Shown here one piece after another: positions 10,501 through 19,036 of a stretch of DNA of 64,000 nt. Below the pieces are notes generated by a model. That model ran no database searches, was not told the origin of the DNA, and saw only the letters and a program-made list of their open reading frames with translations. The position numbers and the translations under genes were made by a program. Numbering within the stretch: the stretch's first letter is position 1; the number at the start of each line of letters is the position of its first letter. Source of the DNA: a virus (lineage: Duplodnaviria > Heunggongvirae > Uroviricota > Caudoviricetes); IMG/VR virus record IMGVR_UViG_3300029610_000240; one strand, 5' to 3'.

Positions 10501-11232
10501 AACTGGGAAGTAACCAGTGAAGAGAAAGCTACTTGTGAAAAAGATGGTTCTAAGACATACACTTGTGCAGACTGCAAAGAAACAAAGACAGAAACGATTC
10601 CTGCCACTGGACACAAGTTTAGTGATTGGCAGACCGTAACAACACAAAGTGTCTTTACTGGCGGGGTACAGAAACGAATTTGTAGTATCTGTGGAAAAGA
10701 AGAAACCAGAAATGTGGGCAATCAGCTGAAAGCTACGATCAAAACCAATGCATCATCCTTAAAGCTGAAACGCAAACAGGCAACAAAGAAATTTGTGGTA
10801 AGTGGACTTGCAGCGGGAGATTCTGTAAAATCTTGGACAAGCAGCAATCAGAAGATTGTAAAAGTTTTCGGAAGTAGAAACGGAGCGTGTACGATCAAAG
10901 CAGGAAATAAGACTGGAAAAGCTAAGATCACGATTACACTGGTATCAGGACTGAAAAAGACGATCAATGTAACCGTTCAGAAAAATGCGGTTGCTTGTAC
11001 ATCCATTAAAAATGTACCGAAAAAAATAACATTAAATGCGAAAAAATCTTATCAGTTGAAACCAGTGATCAATCCGATCACATGCACTTACAAAGCGATA
11101 TATAAGACTTCTAACAAAAAGATCGTAAAAGTGACATCAAGAGGAAAAATCACAGCTGTAAAGAAAGGGAAAGCAAAGATCACAGTTATGGTAGGTAAAA
11201 AGAAGTTTGTATGCACTGTAACAATCAAATAA
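7513..11232 (+). CDS. Secreted multidomain surface protein: signal peptide, transglutaminase-like cysteine-protease core, about 17 alternating Cys-rich zinc-ribbon-like repeats, and two C-terminal Big_2 Ig-like domains
   Basis: Signal peptide 'MSKVKKGKRVAAAAMAVALSMATVTTG'. TGase-like Cys-His-Asp context 'GLAVCDGYAGTFYYMANAVG ... HAWNLVQIDGIYYYADPTNAY'. Repeats 'GHxWDxGKVTKxATCTEDGxKTYTCxxCGxTKTExIPATGH' alternate with 'HxEVRNxKxATCTExGYTGDTYCKDCGxxLxxG'. Big_2-like 'VVSGLAAGDSVKSWTSSNQKIVKVFGSRNGACTIKAGNKTGKAKITI'. Confidence 0.7.
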   Translation: MSKVKKGKRVAAAAMAVALSMATVTTGVLPNTTVHVHAEEDGSVYKKIADSSVDGFYYEQNVWGYVQCTTDKTLEYSSYDEMIKKLSAITKKIVQENAYDRYSFSFPIKISSAAKDERFENGQVNKDLKNEIYKETGDPKGGHTMIAMGGGSTQIYDISYSESEKAYVGEVSGSGGYGEKRNRYQEATKKLDEVIRSLNLDGKSDYDKFKAVTNWIVSNVRYDDDNETKYQHDLTGAVLDGLAVCDGYAGTFYYMANAVGLNALFEDGIDNDNRIRHAWNLVQIDGIYYYADPTNAYFKEDGEPGSEVLYGQKHFFSLDTPDSTTIEDTYKNISQDDYLKEHSVCKGNHNLRENGGKSAQCTTPATIHYECTNPGCLYEYDVESSPALGHAWDEGKITQEQSCDNPEITTYTCTRSNCKKKKQVETKPALGHTWDEGKITKEATCSETGVKTYTCSRCGGTKTEEIPKTKHDYKEHVVKAPTCTEKGVSYYVCKNCGLTTSRHQTPATGHIHTEVRNQKDATYKENGYTGDTYCKDCGKKLETGTVIPKLVEKEHDYGEWVLDQAPTCKKYGARHRICKNCGDREVDVLDKVDHSWELVSTTPATCTIGEIQHYKCSVCGETKDVTLSNPLGEHSWDNGKVTKKATCTEDGEKTYTCTVCNTTKTEVISATGHQHKEVRNAKKATCTEDGYTGDTYCKDCGEKLETGSVIKKLGHTWDNGVITKEATETEEGVKTYTCKTCGETKTESIPVTSHHWDQGTITKKATCTENGEKTYRCTDADCDKTYVETIPATGHQHTEVRDKKDATCEKDGYSGDTYCKDCGQLISKGAIVKATGHSWDDGKVTEAATCKKEGIKTYTCKNCGETKTESIPKTEHQWDNGKVTKEATCKEEGSKTYTCSICGDTKTEVIPKKDHTWDEGKVTKKATCTEDGLKVYTCKSCGETKEEALKATGHQYTELRNEKKATCTEEGYTGDTYCTDCGELIKKGSATEKANHNWEVTSEEKATCEKDGSKTYTCADCKETKTETIPATGHKFSDWQTVTTQSVFTGGVQKRICSICGKEETRNVGNQLKATIKTNASSLKLKRKQATKKFVVSGLAAGDSVKSWTSSNQKIVKVFGSRNGACTIKAGNKTGKAKITITLVSGLKKTINVTVQKNAVACTSIKNVPKKITLNAKKSYQLKPVINPITCTYKAIYKTSNKKIVKVTSRGKITAVKKGKAKITVMVGKKKFVCTVTIK
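8640..10700 (+). repeat. Intragenic tandem repeat array encoding two alternating ~45-aa Cys-rich module types, a likely recombination hotspot
   Basis: Recurring nucleotide blocks such as 'ggttatacaggagatacttactgcaaggactgtgg' and 'aaagctacctgtaccgaagatgg' appear at intervals of roughly 135-270 nt. Confidence 0.75.
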
Positions 11233-11272
11233 GGACTATTTGCCGAGTAGTTCACGAAAATAGAGCACCAGA

Positions 11273-11303
11273 GATATCCACAGTCAATTTGACTGTGGAT
11301 ATC
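11273..11303. repeat. Perfect 13-bp inverted repeat hairpin (gatatccacagtc...gactgtggatatc) between two genes; no U-tract
   Basis: 'gatatccacagtcaatttgactgtggatatc'. The stem core ccacagtc/gactgtgg recurs at 4690 and 12156. Confidence 0.6.
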
Positions 11304-11324
11304 TAACAAAGGAGAATAATTTTT

Positions 11325-12146
11325 ATGAAAATAATAAAGTACCTCACAGTATTTTGCATGATGATATGTATGATCATGCAATTAAATATAAATGTTTCAG
11401 CAAATGAAAATAATATATGTTATGTCGCTCACAGAGGATATACGAAATATGCACCAGAGAATTCAATTCCTGCATTCGAAGCCGCAGGAAAAGAAGGTTT
11501 TCAAGCAGTTGAGTGTGACATTCATGAAACTGCCAAGGATAAAAAGGGAAAACGTAGATTTGTGATCATGCACGATCAAACATTAAATCGTATGTGTGGA
11601 TTATCTGGAAAAAATATATATCAAAAGAAATTAACATATCAAAAGATTCGAAGCAAATATCATATCAAAACAGGAAACAATATTGAATCATATACAAAAA
11701 AACAATTAAGGATACCGTCTCTTGAGGAATATTTAAGTATTTGCAAAAGATATCATATGAAGCCTGTGATCGAGATCAAACAAAAGATGAAAAAAGATAC
11801 GATCAAACGACTGTATCAAAGTCTAAAAAAAGCAAAAATGCAAAATCAGGCAGTCGTTACTTGTAAATACAAACAACAGCTTACTTATATGAGAAAATAC
11901 GCACGTAAAATGCCATTAGAATATGTTAGGCATGATTTTACTCAGAACGATCTCTCATGGATGAAGAAGTATCATATTAATGTAAGTATTAACAAAAATA
12001 TCTTGTCGGATGATATGATTCAGTTATTTGAAGCAAATAATATAAAGATTAATATCTGGACGATCAATAATAAAGATCAATTATATAATTTTACCAACAA
12101 AGGAATAAAAATTGTAACAAGTGATGATGCTTTGTGGAAAGAGTAA
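11325..12146 (+). CDS. Secreted glycerophosphodiester phosphodiesterase (GDPD family)
   Basis: 'YVAHRGYTKYAPENSIPAFEAAGKEGFQAVECDIHETAKDKKGKRRFVIMHDQTLNRMCG' matches the GP-PDE catalytic signature (HRG...EN...E.D...HD). N-terminal signal/TM segment present. RBS 'aaaggag'. Confidence 0.8.
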   Translation: MKIIKYLTVFCMMICMIMQLNINVSANENNICYVAHRGYTKYAPENSIPAFEAAGKEGFQAVECDIHETAKDKKGKRRFVIMHDQTLNRMCGLSGKNIYQKKLTYQKIRSKYHIKTGNNIESYTKKQLRIPSLEEYLSICKRYHMKPVIEIKQKMKKDTIKRLYQSLKKAKMQNQAVVTCKYKQQLTYMRKYARKMPLEYVRHDFTQNDLSWMKKYHINVSINKNILSDDMIQLFEANNIKINIWTINNKDQLYNFTNKGIKIVTSDDALWKE

Positions 12147-12154
12147 GAAGGATG

Positions 12155-12186
12155 ATTCCACAGTCTTTTGGCTGTGGGATTTTTGT
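12155..12186 (+). terminator. Rho-independent terminator (ccacag/ctgtgg stem plus T-run)
   Basis: 'ttccacagtcttttggctgtgggatttttgtat'. Confidence 0.7.
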
Positions 12187-12332
12187 ATATCTTTAGAATT
12201 TTAGAATAATTTCATAAAATACGCATAAAATAAAAAATATGACACATATTGATAAAAAATATGATTTTTAGTATAATAAAGGAGTGTTATTTCGTGAATT
12301 ACGAATTTAAAATTTCAAGGGGGAAAGAGAAA

Positions 12333-13451
12333 ATGATAGTGATGGATGTTAAAATCAATAATTTTTATGCGTTTAAAGATTTTCATATGAACATGTCATA
12401 TCCAAAAAAAATAGTGAATTCATACATTCGAGATGAACATTTAAAAGAACGTCCGAATTTCAGATACAAAAAAGTAAATATCATAATGGGAGCAAATGCA
12501 ACAGGAAAGACATCGTTTGGTCAAATGTTGATGTCCGTATTTAACTTTATTCATAAAAAAGAGACTGCATATTTGATAAATCGTATTTGTGATGTGAAAA
12601 AAGAAGCAAATTTTTCGATAGATTTTGTCATGAATAGATTTACTTTATATTCTATGCAGATAATTATACATCCAGTGAACGACGATGATTATACGGAAAA
12701 CAATATAGAAGTAAAGATTGATAAGATAAAAATAAATAAAAATGATAGTTATGAAAGTTGCAAGAAGCGTATGGAAAGCAAAAATAACCTTTCAGAATAC
12801 ACAGCAAGTTATGTAGAGGAATTAGATAAGTTGAGCAGATTATCATGGCTGTTTGTTTCTCCAGAAAAAGAAGAAAAATTTAAATTTCCAAAAGGAGATT
12901 TTAAGAAAATTTATATTACAGTTTTAGAAAAGACATTAAAAGCATTAGATCCTTCCATAGAAAAAGTAGAAGAACTAAACGATATTGATGATTCTTATGT
13001 AATACGCATGAAATCAAAAAATGTGATTATTCAGGAAGGATCAATTGTAAATGAAAGTATTTTATCAAGTGGTACGAAAGCAGGACTTGAAATCGCTAGG
13101 ATCGTTGCTTCAATCCTGACAAATAGAAATCAGTTTTATTATTGTGACGAAAAATTTTCTTACGTGCATAGTGATATTGAAAAAGCTTTTCTATCAATCA
13201 TGATTGACAAGCTGGGGGAAAATGAACAGTTATTTTTCACAACGCATAACATGGATATTCTGGATTTAACATTGCCTAAACACTCATTCATATTTATGAA
13301 AAAAGATATTTATAATGAAAAGATGCCAATAAAATGTATCAGTGCAGACGAAATATTAAAAAGAAATACAGATTCTCTAAAATCAGCAGTTGAAAATGAT
13401 TTATTCTGTACCGCACCAAGTGTAGATTGCGTATATGATATCATTTCGTAA
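12333..13451 (+). CDS. ABC-type AAA_21/AAA_15 ATPase of RloA/AbiLi/AriA type (Walker A plus C-terminal TTHN H-loop); candidate defence ATPase
   Basis: N-terminal 'MDVKINNFYAFKDF' resembles the usual 'IxIxNFKSF' start. Walker A 'GANATGKTS'. C-terminal 'LFFTTHNMDILD'. ATG 12333 with RBS 'gggggaaagagaaaatg' is preferred over the track's 12249. Confidence 0.7.
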   Translation: MIVMDVKINNFYAFKDFHMNMSYPKKIVNSYIRDEHLKERPNFRYKKVNIIMGANATGKTSFGQMLMSVFNFIHKKETAYLINRICDVKKEANFSIDFVMNRFTLYSMQIIIHPVNDDDYTENNIEVKIDKIKINKNDSYESCKKRMESKNNLSEYTASYVEELDKLSRLSWLFVSPEKEEKFKFPKGDFKKIYITVLEKTLKALDPSIEKVEELNDIDDSYVIRMKSKNVIIQEGSIVNESILSSGTKAGLEIARIVASILTNRNQFYYCDEKFSYVHSDIEKAFLSIMIDKLGENEQLFFTTHNMDILDLTLPKHSFIFMKKDIYNEKMPIKCISADEILKRNTDSLKSAVENDLFCTAPSVDCVYDIIS

Positions 13452-13465
13452 AAGGGGATAAAACA

Positions 13466-13969
13466 ATGGCTACAAAATATTATTTATATTATGTTGAAGG
13501 AGAAGATGAAAAGAAGGTTGTTGATACATTAAAAAAAGATATGAAGTTAATCAGACCTGGAGTTTCGCAAGTATTTAATGTTGTAGAAAATGAATTGACA
13601 AATGCTAGACTTATGACAATTAAGGAAAATACAACCGTTGTGCTGATTTTTGATACAGATACAGGAAATACAGAAAAAGTCAGGAAAAATATCGAGCTTC
13701 TAAAAAAAGCTAGAAATGTGAAAGAGATTGTATGTATTACACAAGTAAAAAATTTGGAAGATGAATGGGTTCGAAGCTGCGATGTGAAGAAACCTCAAGA
13801 ATTAACTGGAAGTGATTCCTTAACTAATTATAAAAGAGCATTAAGAAAAATCACAAATCTTGATAAAAAATTAAAAGAACATCATTTTGATTTTCAAAAG
13901 TTTTGGAAAAAATCAGATCCTGTGTATGAAGATATAAAAAATGAATCAGATAAAATTCGATTAAAATAA
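13466..13969 (+). CDS. Small TOPRIM-like protein (RloB/AbiLii-like), partner of the upstream ATPase
   Basis: 'YYLYYVEGEDEKKVV' resembles the xEGExxE TOPRIM glutamate motif of RloB/OLD-type proteins. 'VVLIFDTDTG' is a DxD motif. It lies 14 nt after the ATPase stop. Family assignment is from memory. Confidence 0.5.
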   Translation: MATKYYLYYVEGEDEKKVVDTLKKDMKLIRPGVSQVFNVVENELTNARLMTIKENTTVVLIFDTDTGNTEKVRKNIELLKKARNVKEIVCITQVKNLEDEWVRSCDVKKPQELTGSDSLTNYKRALRKITNLDKKLKEHHFDFQKFWKKSDPVYEDIKNESDKIRLK

Positions 13970-13984
13970 AGGAGTTTATTGCTA

Positions 13985-15370
13985 ATGTTGCGTACAATCG
14001 AAATGTGCACAAATGAATACAAAGATACAACACAAAAGGAAATCCGAAAGAAAAAAGGACAGTTTTTTACACCGGCAGAGGTTTCGATGAGAATGGCTGC
14101 TGTAGAAAATAAATATCCGAAGAATCAATTAATAAGGGTGTTAGATCCAGGAGCAGGAAACGGTATTTTATCTTTTGCCATGATTGATAAATTACTAAGA
14201 AGTGGGTATAAACGGCTTGATATTACACTGATTGAAACGGATACAGAGATTTTACCAGTCTTAGAATATACAATCACTAAAATTAGACAAATCTGTGAAT
14301 CATATCATGCAGAATGTACTATCCATTATATTGATCAAAATTTCGTGTTATGGGAATCCTCCTGTTTATATGATATCGTCATATGTAATCCTCCATATAT
14401 GAAAGTAAGAAAAGATTCTATCGAAGCAACGGCAATGAAGGCATATGTATATGGACAGCCTAACCTATATGGATTGTTTATGGCAAAAGCAGTAGAATTA
14501 TTGCGTGATAATGGACAGTACATTTTTATTACTCCCCGTTCGTGGACTTCTGGAAAATATTTTACGAAAGTACGGAGCTTCTTACAAAAAGAATTGAACA
14601 TAAAAGAAATCGACCTTTTTTCAAGTCGTGATGAAGTTTTTCAGGGAGAGAAAGTTCTTCAGGAGACAATGATCTTATATGGAGAAAAAGGACAGATTCA
14701 AAATGAGAAAATTAAAATTAATATTCTTAAAGACGGAACTTTAGATACAGGAAACAGTTTTTGGGCAGCAGCAGATCAGATTAAGTTTAAAGGATCAGAA
14801 CAATATCTGCTTTTACCAGAAAATGAAAATGATCTTAAAATTATAGATATAATGTCTGATATGACAGATTCTTTTGAGTCCAGTGGATATCACTTCAAAA
14901 CGGGACCAGTTGTAGAATTTCGAAATTTAGATCATATTCATAAAATATATCAAACTGGAGATATCCCAATGTATCGTTCGATACATATACAAAATGGAAC
15001 TCTGCAGTTTCCTGCCGATACTCAAAAAGCACAATATGTTAGTGCGGATGAAGAATCCTTGTTGATCCCAAAGCAAAATACTATTTTAGTTCGTCGGTTG
15101 AGTATGAAAGAAGATTTAAAACGTATTCAGGCTTGCAAATATTTTGCAGATGAAAATACAGACTTAAATACAGAATTTATGACTGTTGAAAATCATGTAA
15201 ATTATCTAACACGTAAAGATGGTATGGAAATGACCAGAAATGAAATAGATCAGCTGTTTGATATTTTAATGTCAGATATGTATGAACGTTATATCCGATT
15301 GATCAACGGAAGTACACAGATAAATGCGGGAGAACTTAATAAATTACCATTACAGAGGATTGAACGATGA
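13985..15370 (+). CDS. N6-adenine DNA methyltransferase (gamma-class, type II)
   Basis: Motif I 'VLDPGAGNGIL' and motif IV 'ICNPPYMK'. The large C-terminal part is a presumed target-recognition domain. ATG 13985 with RBS 'aaaggag' is preferred over TTG 13979. Confidence 0.85.
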   Translation: MLRTIEMCTNEYKDTTQKEIRKKKGQFFTPAEVSMRMAAVENKYPKNQLIRVLDPGAGNGILSFAMIDKLLRSGYKRLDITLIETDTEILPVLEYTITKIRQICESYHAECTIHYIDQNFVLWESSCLYDIVICNPPYMKVRKDSIEATAMKAYVYGQPNLYGLFMAKAVELLRDNGQYIFITPRSWTSGKYFTKVRSFLQKELNIKEIDLFSSRDEVFQGEKVLQETMILYGEKGQIQNEKIKINILKDGTLDTGNSFWAAADQIKFKGSEQYLLLPENENDLKIIDIMSDMTDSFESSGYHFKTGPVVEFRNLDHIHKIYQTGDIPMYRSIHIQNGTLQFPADTQKAQYVSADEESLLIPKQNTILVRRLSMKEDLKRIQACKYFADENTDLNTEFMTVENHVNYLTRKDGMEMTRNEIDQLFDILMSDMYERYIRLINGSTQINAGELNKLPLQRIER

Positions 15371-16359
15371 AAAGAAATGTAGAAAAATATGATTATCAGG
15401 TATTGAATGATGCAAAAAATATTCTTATGGAAATTGATATGCCAAAAGAACTTTATAATCCAAGGTGTGTTATGATATTTTGTGCATGTGCCCAGATGAT
15501 AGATGGAAAATCATGGAGGCATATATCAGAAGAATATATGAGTGTCCATGATATTATCAAATATGTAAATGATGTATTTCCTAATAAAGCAGGTTTGGAT
15601 AAAAAAGGATATCAGGAAAATAGCAGGGAAACATTTCGGGATGAAACTCTAAAACGTTGGGTAAGTGCAGCAATCATTGAATCTAAAGCAGGACTGGCAG
15701 CCAATGATAGAAACAATGGATATCGTTTTACTTCCGCTTTTGCCGCATTGGTAAGAACTTATGGAAGTGATCAGTGGGAAGATTCCCTGTCAGCATTTAT
15801 GGAAACTTATGAAAGCTATAGTAAAAAATTAAAACAAGTAAAATCCCTGCCGAAAGGATATGATGTGACTTGCGGAAATATTACAGTTAAATTAGGATTA
15901 TCCGCACATAATAAATTACAAAAACAGATTTTAGAAGAGTTTGTTCCCAATTTTGCATCTGGAGCAGAATTATTATATATAGGCGATACATCCGATCGTA
16001 CATTACAAAGAGATGACAAACGATTATCAGAATTAGGAATTAAAATCCTAGAAGATACTTCAAAACTTCCAGATATTATTTTATATGATTCTGATAAAAA
16101 TCGAATCATATATGTGGAAGCGTACTCCAGTACCGGAGAATTTAATAAGGATCGAGTCGATTATATTAATACATATTGCTCATATAAAAATGATATTGAA
16201 GTGGCATTTGTAACAGCATTTGCAACAACAAAAAAGATGCTTCAGGTTTATCCAAAGATTGCATGGGACACAGAGATCTGGATTGCCGAAGAAGCAACAC
16301 ATCTGACTCATAAAAACGGAGATAGATTTATGGGAAGGAATCCCGAAGAGTTTTTATAG
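15367..16359 (+). CDS. Putative cognate type II restriction endonuclease (about 330 aa, BsuBI/PstI-like size and context)
   Basis: Its start overlaps the methyltransferase stop (ATGA). No detectable similarity to the other families seen here. The call rests mainly on context. Confidence 0.45.
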   Translation: MKRNVEKYDYQVLNDAKNILMEIDMPKELYNPRCVMIFCACAQMIDGKSWRHISEEYMSVHDIIKYVNDVFPNKAGLDKKGYQENSRETFRDETLKRWVSAAIIESKAGLAANDRNNGYRFTSAFAALVRTYGSDQWEDSLSAFMETYESYSKKLKQVKSLPKGYDVTCGNITVKLGLSAHNKLQKQILEEFVPNFASGAELLYIGDTSDRTLQRDDKRLSELGIKILEDTSKLPDIILYDSDKNRIIYVEAYSSTGEFNKDRVDYINTYCSYKNDIEVAFVTAFATTKKMLQVYPKIAWDTEIWIAEEATHLTHKNGDRFMGRNPEEFL

Positions 16360-16843
16360 AAATACTTTGATTGGTATAGAATTCTTTTTGTGGTTGTGAT
16401 AATATAATATGAAAGTTGTGTTTGCGAACGCAAGACACTGGCAACAAGGCAAAAAGTTGTAGTCCATACAGAGGACTTCCGAAATCTGTAACGTAATACA
16501 CATTTTTAGAATGTGTGATCCCGGTGACTGGGCGATAAGTCATAACCCATATGGAGGGTTTCCAAAATCCATAACTGAATAGCTCATCTACCATTTACTA
16601 GGAAGAAAGAGAAACCCTACCTGTGTTATTATATAGGTAGGGTTTGTTATAAATTTGTGGCGAAAACCCACACGCTTGCGTGTGGGATGAAAGCTACATT
16701 TCACTTGACATATACATAGATTAAATATATATATTAAAATACAGAAAGAAAACAGACCATGAGTAAGAGCAACTATGATATAAACACGCATACAACACAA
16801 AATAATGCTACACAATATCATTCAAGTCGTGGAGGAAAAAATA

Positions 16844-17023
16844 ATGGCACAAACTAAAAGTGACAATGTACAAATAAATATTTCTATTCCTACTGGATGG
16901 AAAACAGAACTTGAAAATCTTGCTCGTATCTATTCTGTTGAAGAAGGAAAAACCATCACTTTTCTTGACTTAATGCGTAGAGGTATTCAGGAAAAATATC
17001 AATTAGGAGAAAAAAGGCAGTGA
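16844..17023 (+). CDS. Small protein (59 aa) inside the IS, possibly a ribbon-helix-helix-like DNA binder
   Basis: RBS 'ggaggaaaaaataatg'. Protein 'MAQTKSDNVQINISIPTGWKTELENLARIYSVEEGKTITFLDLMRRGIQEKYQLGEKRQ'. Fold guess only. Confidence 0.4.
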   Translation: MAQTKSDNVQINISIPTGWKTELENLARIYSVEEGKTITFLDLMRRGIQEKYQLGEKRQ

Positions 17024-17433
17024 GTGAGGAACAATATCATAGTGCTTCACATTGTAAATATTTGATACAGTATCATATCATTTGGTGTCCCAAGTTCAGA
17101 TTTTCAGTATTACAAGGAAATGTCGATATCATTCTTAAACAGATATTACAGAAAATTTGTAATGATTATAAATACAAGATCAAAGCACTCGAAGTGATGC
17201 CAGATCATATACATATTTTCATAGATGTTCCGCAGACAGTTGCTCCTTGTGATGTTGTAAGAACTCTCAAAAGTATCAGTGCTATCGAATTATTTAAAGT
17301 ATTTCCAAAATTAAAACAGTTCTATGCGAAATGCGGAGTATTATGGCCAAGAGGATACTTTGTATCTACTGTCGGACATATAAGCGAAGCTACAGTAATT
17401 AAGTATATTGAGGAGCAGAAAAATGATAAGTGA
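17020..17433 (+). CDS. tnpA: IS200/IS605 Y1 HuH transposase TnpA (intact)
   Basis: 'YLIQYHIIWCPKFR', HuH 'MPDHIHIFI', and catalytic Tyr in 'GYFVSTVGHISEATVIKYIEEQ'. Confidence 0.85.
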   Translation: MSEEQYHSASHCKYLIQYHIIWCPKFRFSVLQGNVDIILKQILQKICNDYKYKIKALEVMPDHIHIFIDVPQTVAPCDVVRTLKSISAIELFKVFPKLKQFYAKCGVLWPRGYFVSTVGHISEATVIKYIEEQKNDK

Positions 17434-19036
17434 TAAAGAATATAAAAAACTTTTAAAACAATTTCATAAACTTTCTGACAGGCATATCTTGGTTGTAGAA
17501 ACCGATATGCCATCTTCTGATGTACAAAAGGTTGTGATTCTTTCTGATAAGATCAGAAAAGCAGGTAATGAGCTTGTTGGTCTTATGAGAAAGAATTATG
17601 ACCAACTTATGCGTACTAAAAAATATCGCAAGTTGCTAAAACTCTATGGTTCTACCAACGATAAAAAGAAACACAGAGATCTAGCAAATCAGCTCAATGA
17701 AATGCAAAAACAGTACAATGTCACATGGGATCATTGCAGAAACGCTATGATACATATAGGTAAGAAATATAGTATTGATGCCGTATTTGCCCTTACAAAA
17801 GCTGAAGATATATGGCGTGGTATTGAAAAATGTCTTTATAACAATGGTAAAACTATTCATTTTTCTAAATATGGTGAGTTGCCTTGTATCAGGGCAAAAC
17901 AGATAAATCGTGGCATTTCAATGTCTGTTAAAGATAATGAATTAAAATTCAAATTAAAGGGAAATGTATTTGGGATACAGGTTAAAGATAGATTTCAAAC
18001 AGATGAAGTTTGTGCGGTTTTAGAATATTTATCAAGATCAGAGATCATAAATGATAAAGCAATAAATAAATTTTTAGATAAAGCATACTGTATTGATACA
18101 TACAGACCTTGCTATGCTACTCTTGTACCTAAATTTATTCGTGGAAAATATAGGGTGTATTTGCATCTTACTATTGAAGGTAAGGCGAAACCTAAATATG
18201 ATAGGTTTGGTAATCCAAGACATAAGTTTGGCAAAGGTATTATAGGCGCAGATATTGGTACACAGACTGTTGCGTATACATCAAATACTGAGGTGGGCTT
18301 GAAAAATCTTTCAGAGCGTGGTAACAGTATTCAGACTTCTGAAAGAAGAGAACGTCTGCTTTACCGTGCGATGGACAGGTCAAGACGTGCAACTGATCCG
18401 CAAAACTATAATGATGATGGTACTGTTAAAAAAGGCCGCAAAACTTGGAAATATTCTAATCATTATAAAAAGCTAAAAGCTAAACACTCTGAACTATGTC
18501 GTATCAATGCTATAAACAGACAGCTTGCAATAAATGAAGACGCTAACCATTTAAGAAGTCTTGGAGATGTATTTATCACGGAACCTAAAAATGCAAGTAA
18601 ACTTATGAAACGAACTAAAGATACTACGGTCAATAGTAAAGGTAAGTTTCATAAGAAAAAGCGTTTTGGAAAATCCATAAAGAACAGATGTCCTTCTGGG
18701 TTTCAAACTACTGTAGAGCGGAAATTTAAGGTATCAGGTGGTATATATATTGAAGTACCTAATAATTACAGAGCAAGTCAATATGACCATACAGCAGATG
18801 ATTATATCAAGAAAAAGCTGTCTGATAGAATATATAAACTTACTGACGGAACATTGGTACAAAGAGATTGGTATTCATCATTCTTATTATACTGTTACGA
18901 TTACAGAACTAAAGATATAGATAAAAACAAATGTATTTCTGAATTTGATAAGTGTTACAACAAAGAAAAAGCTCTGATCGAATGGATCAAGGCTAACAAG
19001 ATCAAAATATTAAATAGCGGAATTAAGATATCGTAA
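17423..19036 (+). CDS. tnpB: TnpB-like RuvC-fold protein (IS605 OrfB family), unusually long, with the canonical CxxC...CxxC zinc finger replaced
   Basis: RuvC-I 'GADIGTQTVAYTS' and RuvC-II-like 'DVFITEPKN'. 'VPNNYRASQYDHTADDY' sits where TnpB has '...yTSQ.C..CG'. RuvC-III-like 'QRDWYSSFLL' (compare RDxNAAxNI). RBS 'gaggag' before ATG 17423. Confidence 0.6.
   Translation: MISDKEYKKLLKQFHKLSDRHILVVETDMPSSDVQKVVILSDKIRKAGNELVGLMRKNYDQLMRTKKYRKLLKLYGSTNDKKKHRDLANQLNEMQKQYNVTWDHCRNAMIHIGKKYSIDAVFALTKAEDIWRGIEKCLYNNGKTIHFSKYGELPCIRAKQINRGISMSVKDNELKFKLKGNVFGIQVKDRFQTDEVCAVLEYLSRSEIINDKAINKFLDKAYCIDTYRPCYATLVPKFIRGKYRVYLHLTIEGKAKPKYDRFGNPRHKFGKGIIGADIGTQTVAYTSNTEVGLKNLSERGNSIQTSERRERLLYRAMDRSRRATDPQNYNDDGTVKKGRKTWKYSNHYKKLKAKHSELCRINAINRQLAINEDANHLRSLGDVFITEPKNASKLMKRTKDTTVNSKGKFHKKKRFGKSIKNRCPSGFQTTVERKFKVSGGIYIEVPNNYRASQYDHTADDYIKKKLSDRIYKLTDGTLVQRDWYSSFLLYCYDYRTKDIDKNKCISEFDKCYNKEKALIEWIKANKIKILNSGIKIS

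Noticed and set aside
12249-12332. Track start 12249 for the ATPase gene
   Set aside because: An internal ATG at 12333 has a strong RBS (gggggaaagag). It yields the family-typical N-terminus 'MIVMDVKINNFYAFKDF'. The upstream extension is AT-rich junk.
16328-16821. Minus-strand ORFs (88 aa, 77 aa) between the restriction-endonuclease gene and the IS605 small ORF
   Set aside because: They lie in the structured left-end region of the IS (hairpins at 16613-16644 and 16667-16686). They have no RBS and low-complexity sequence, so they are likely non-coding.
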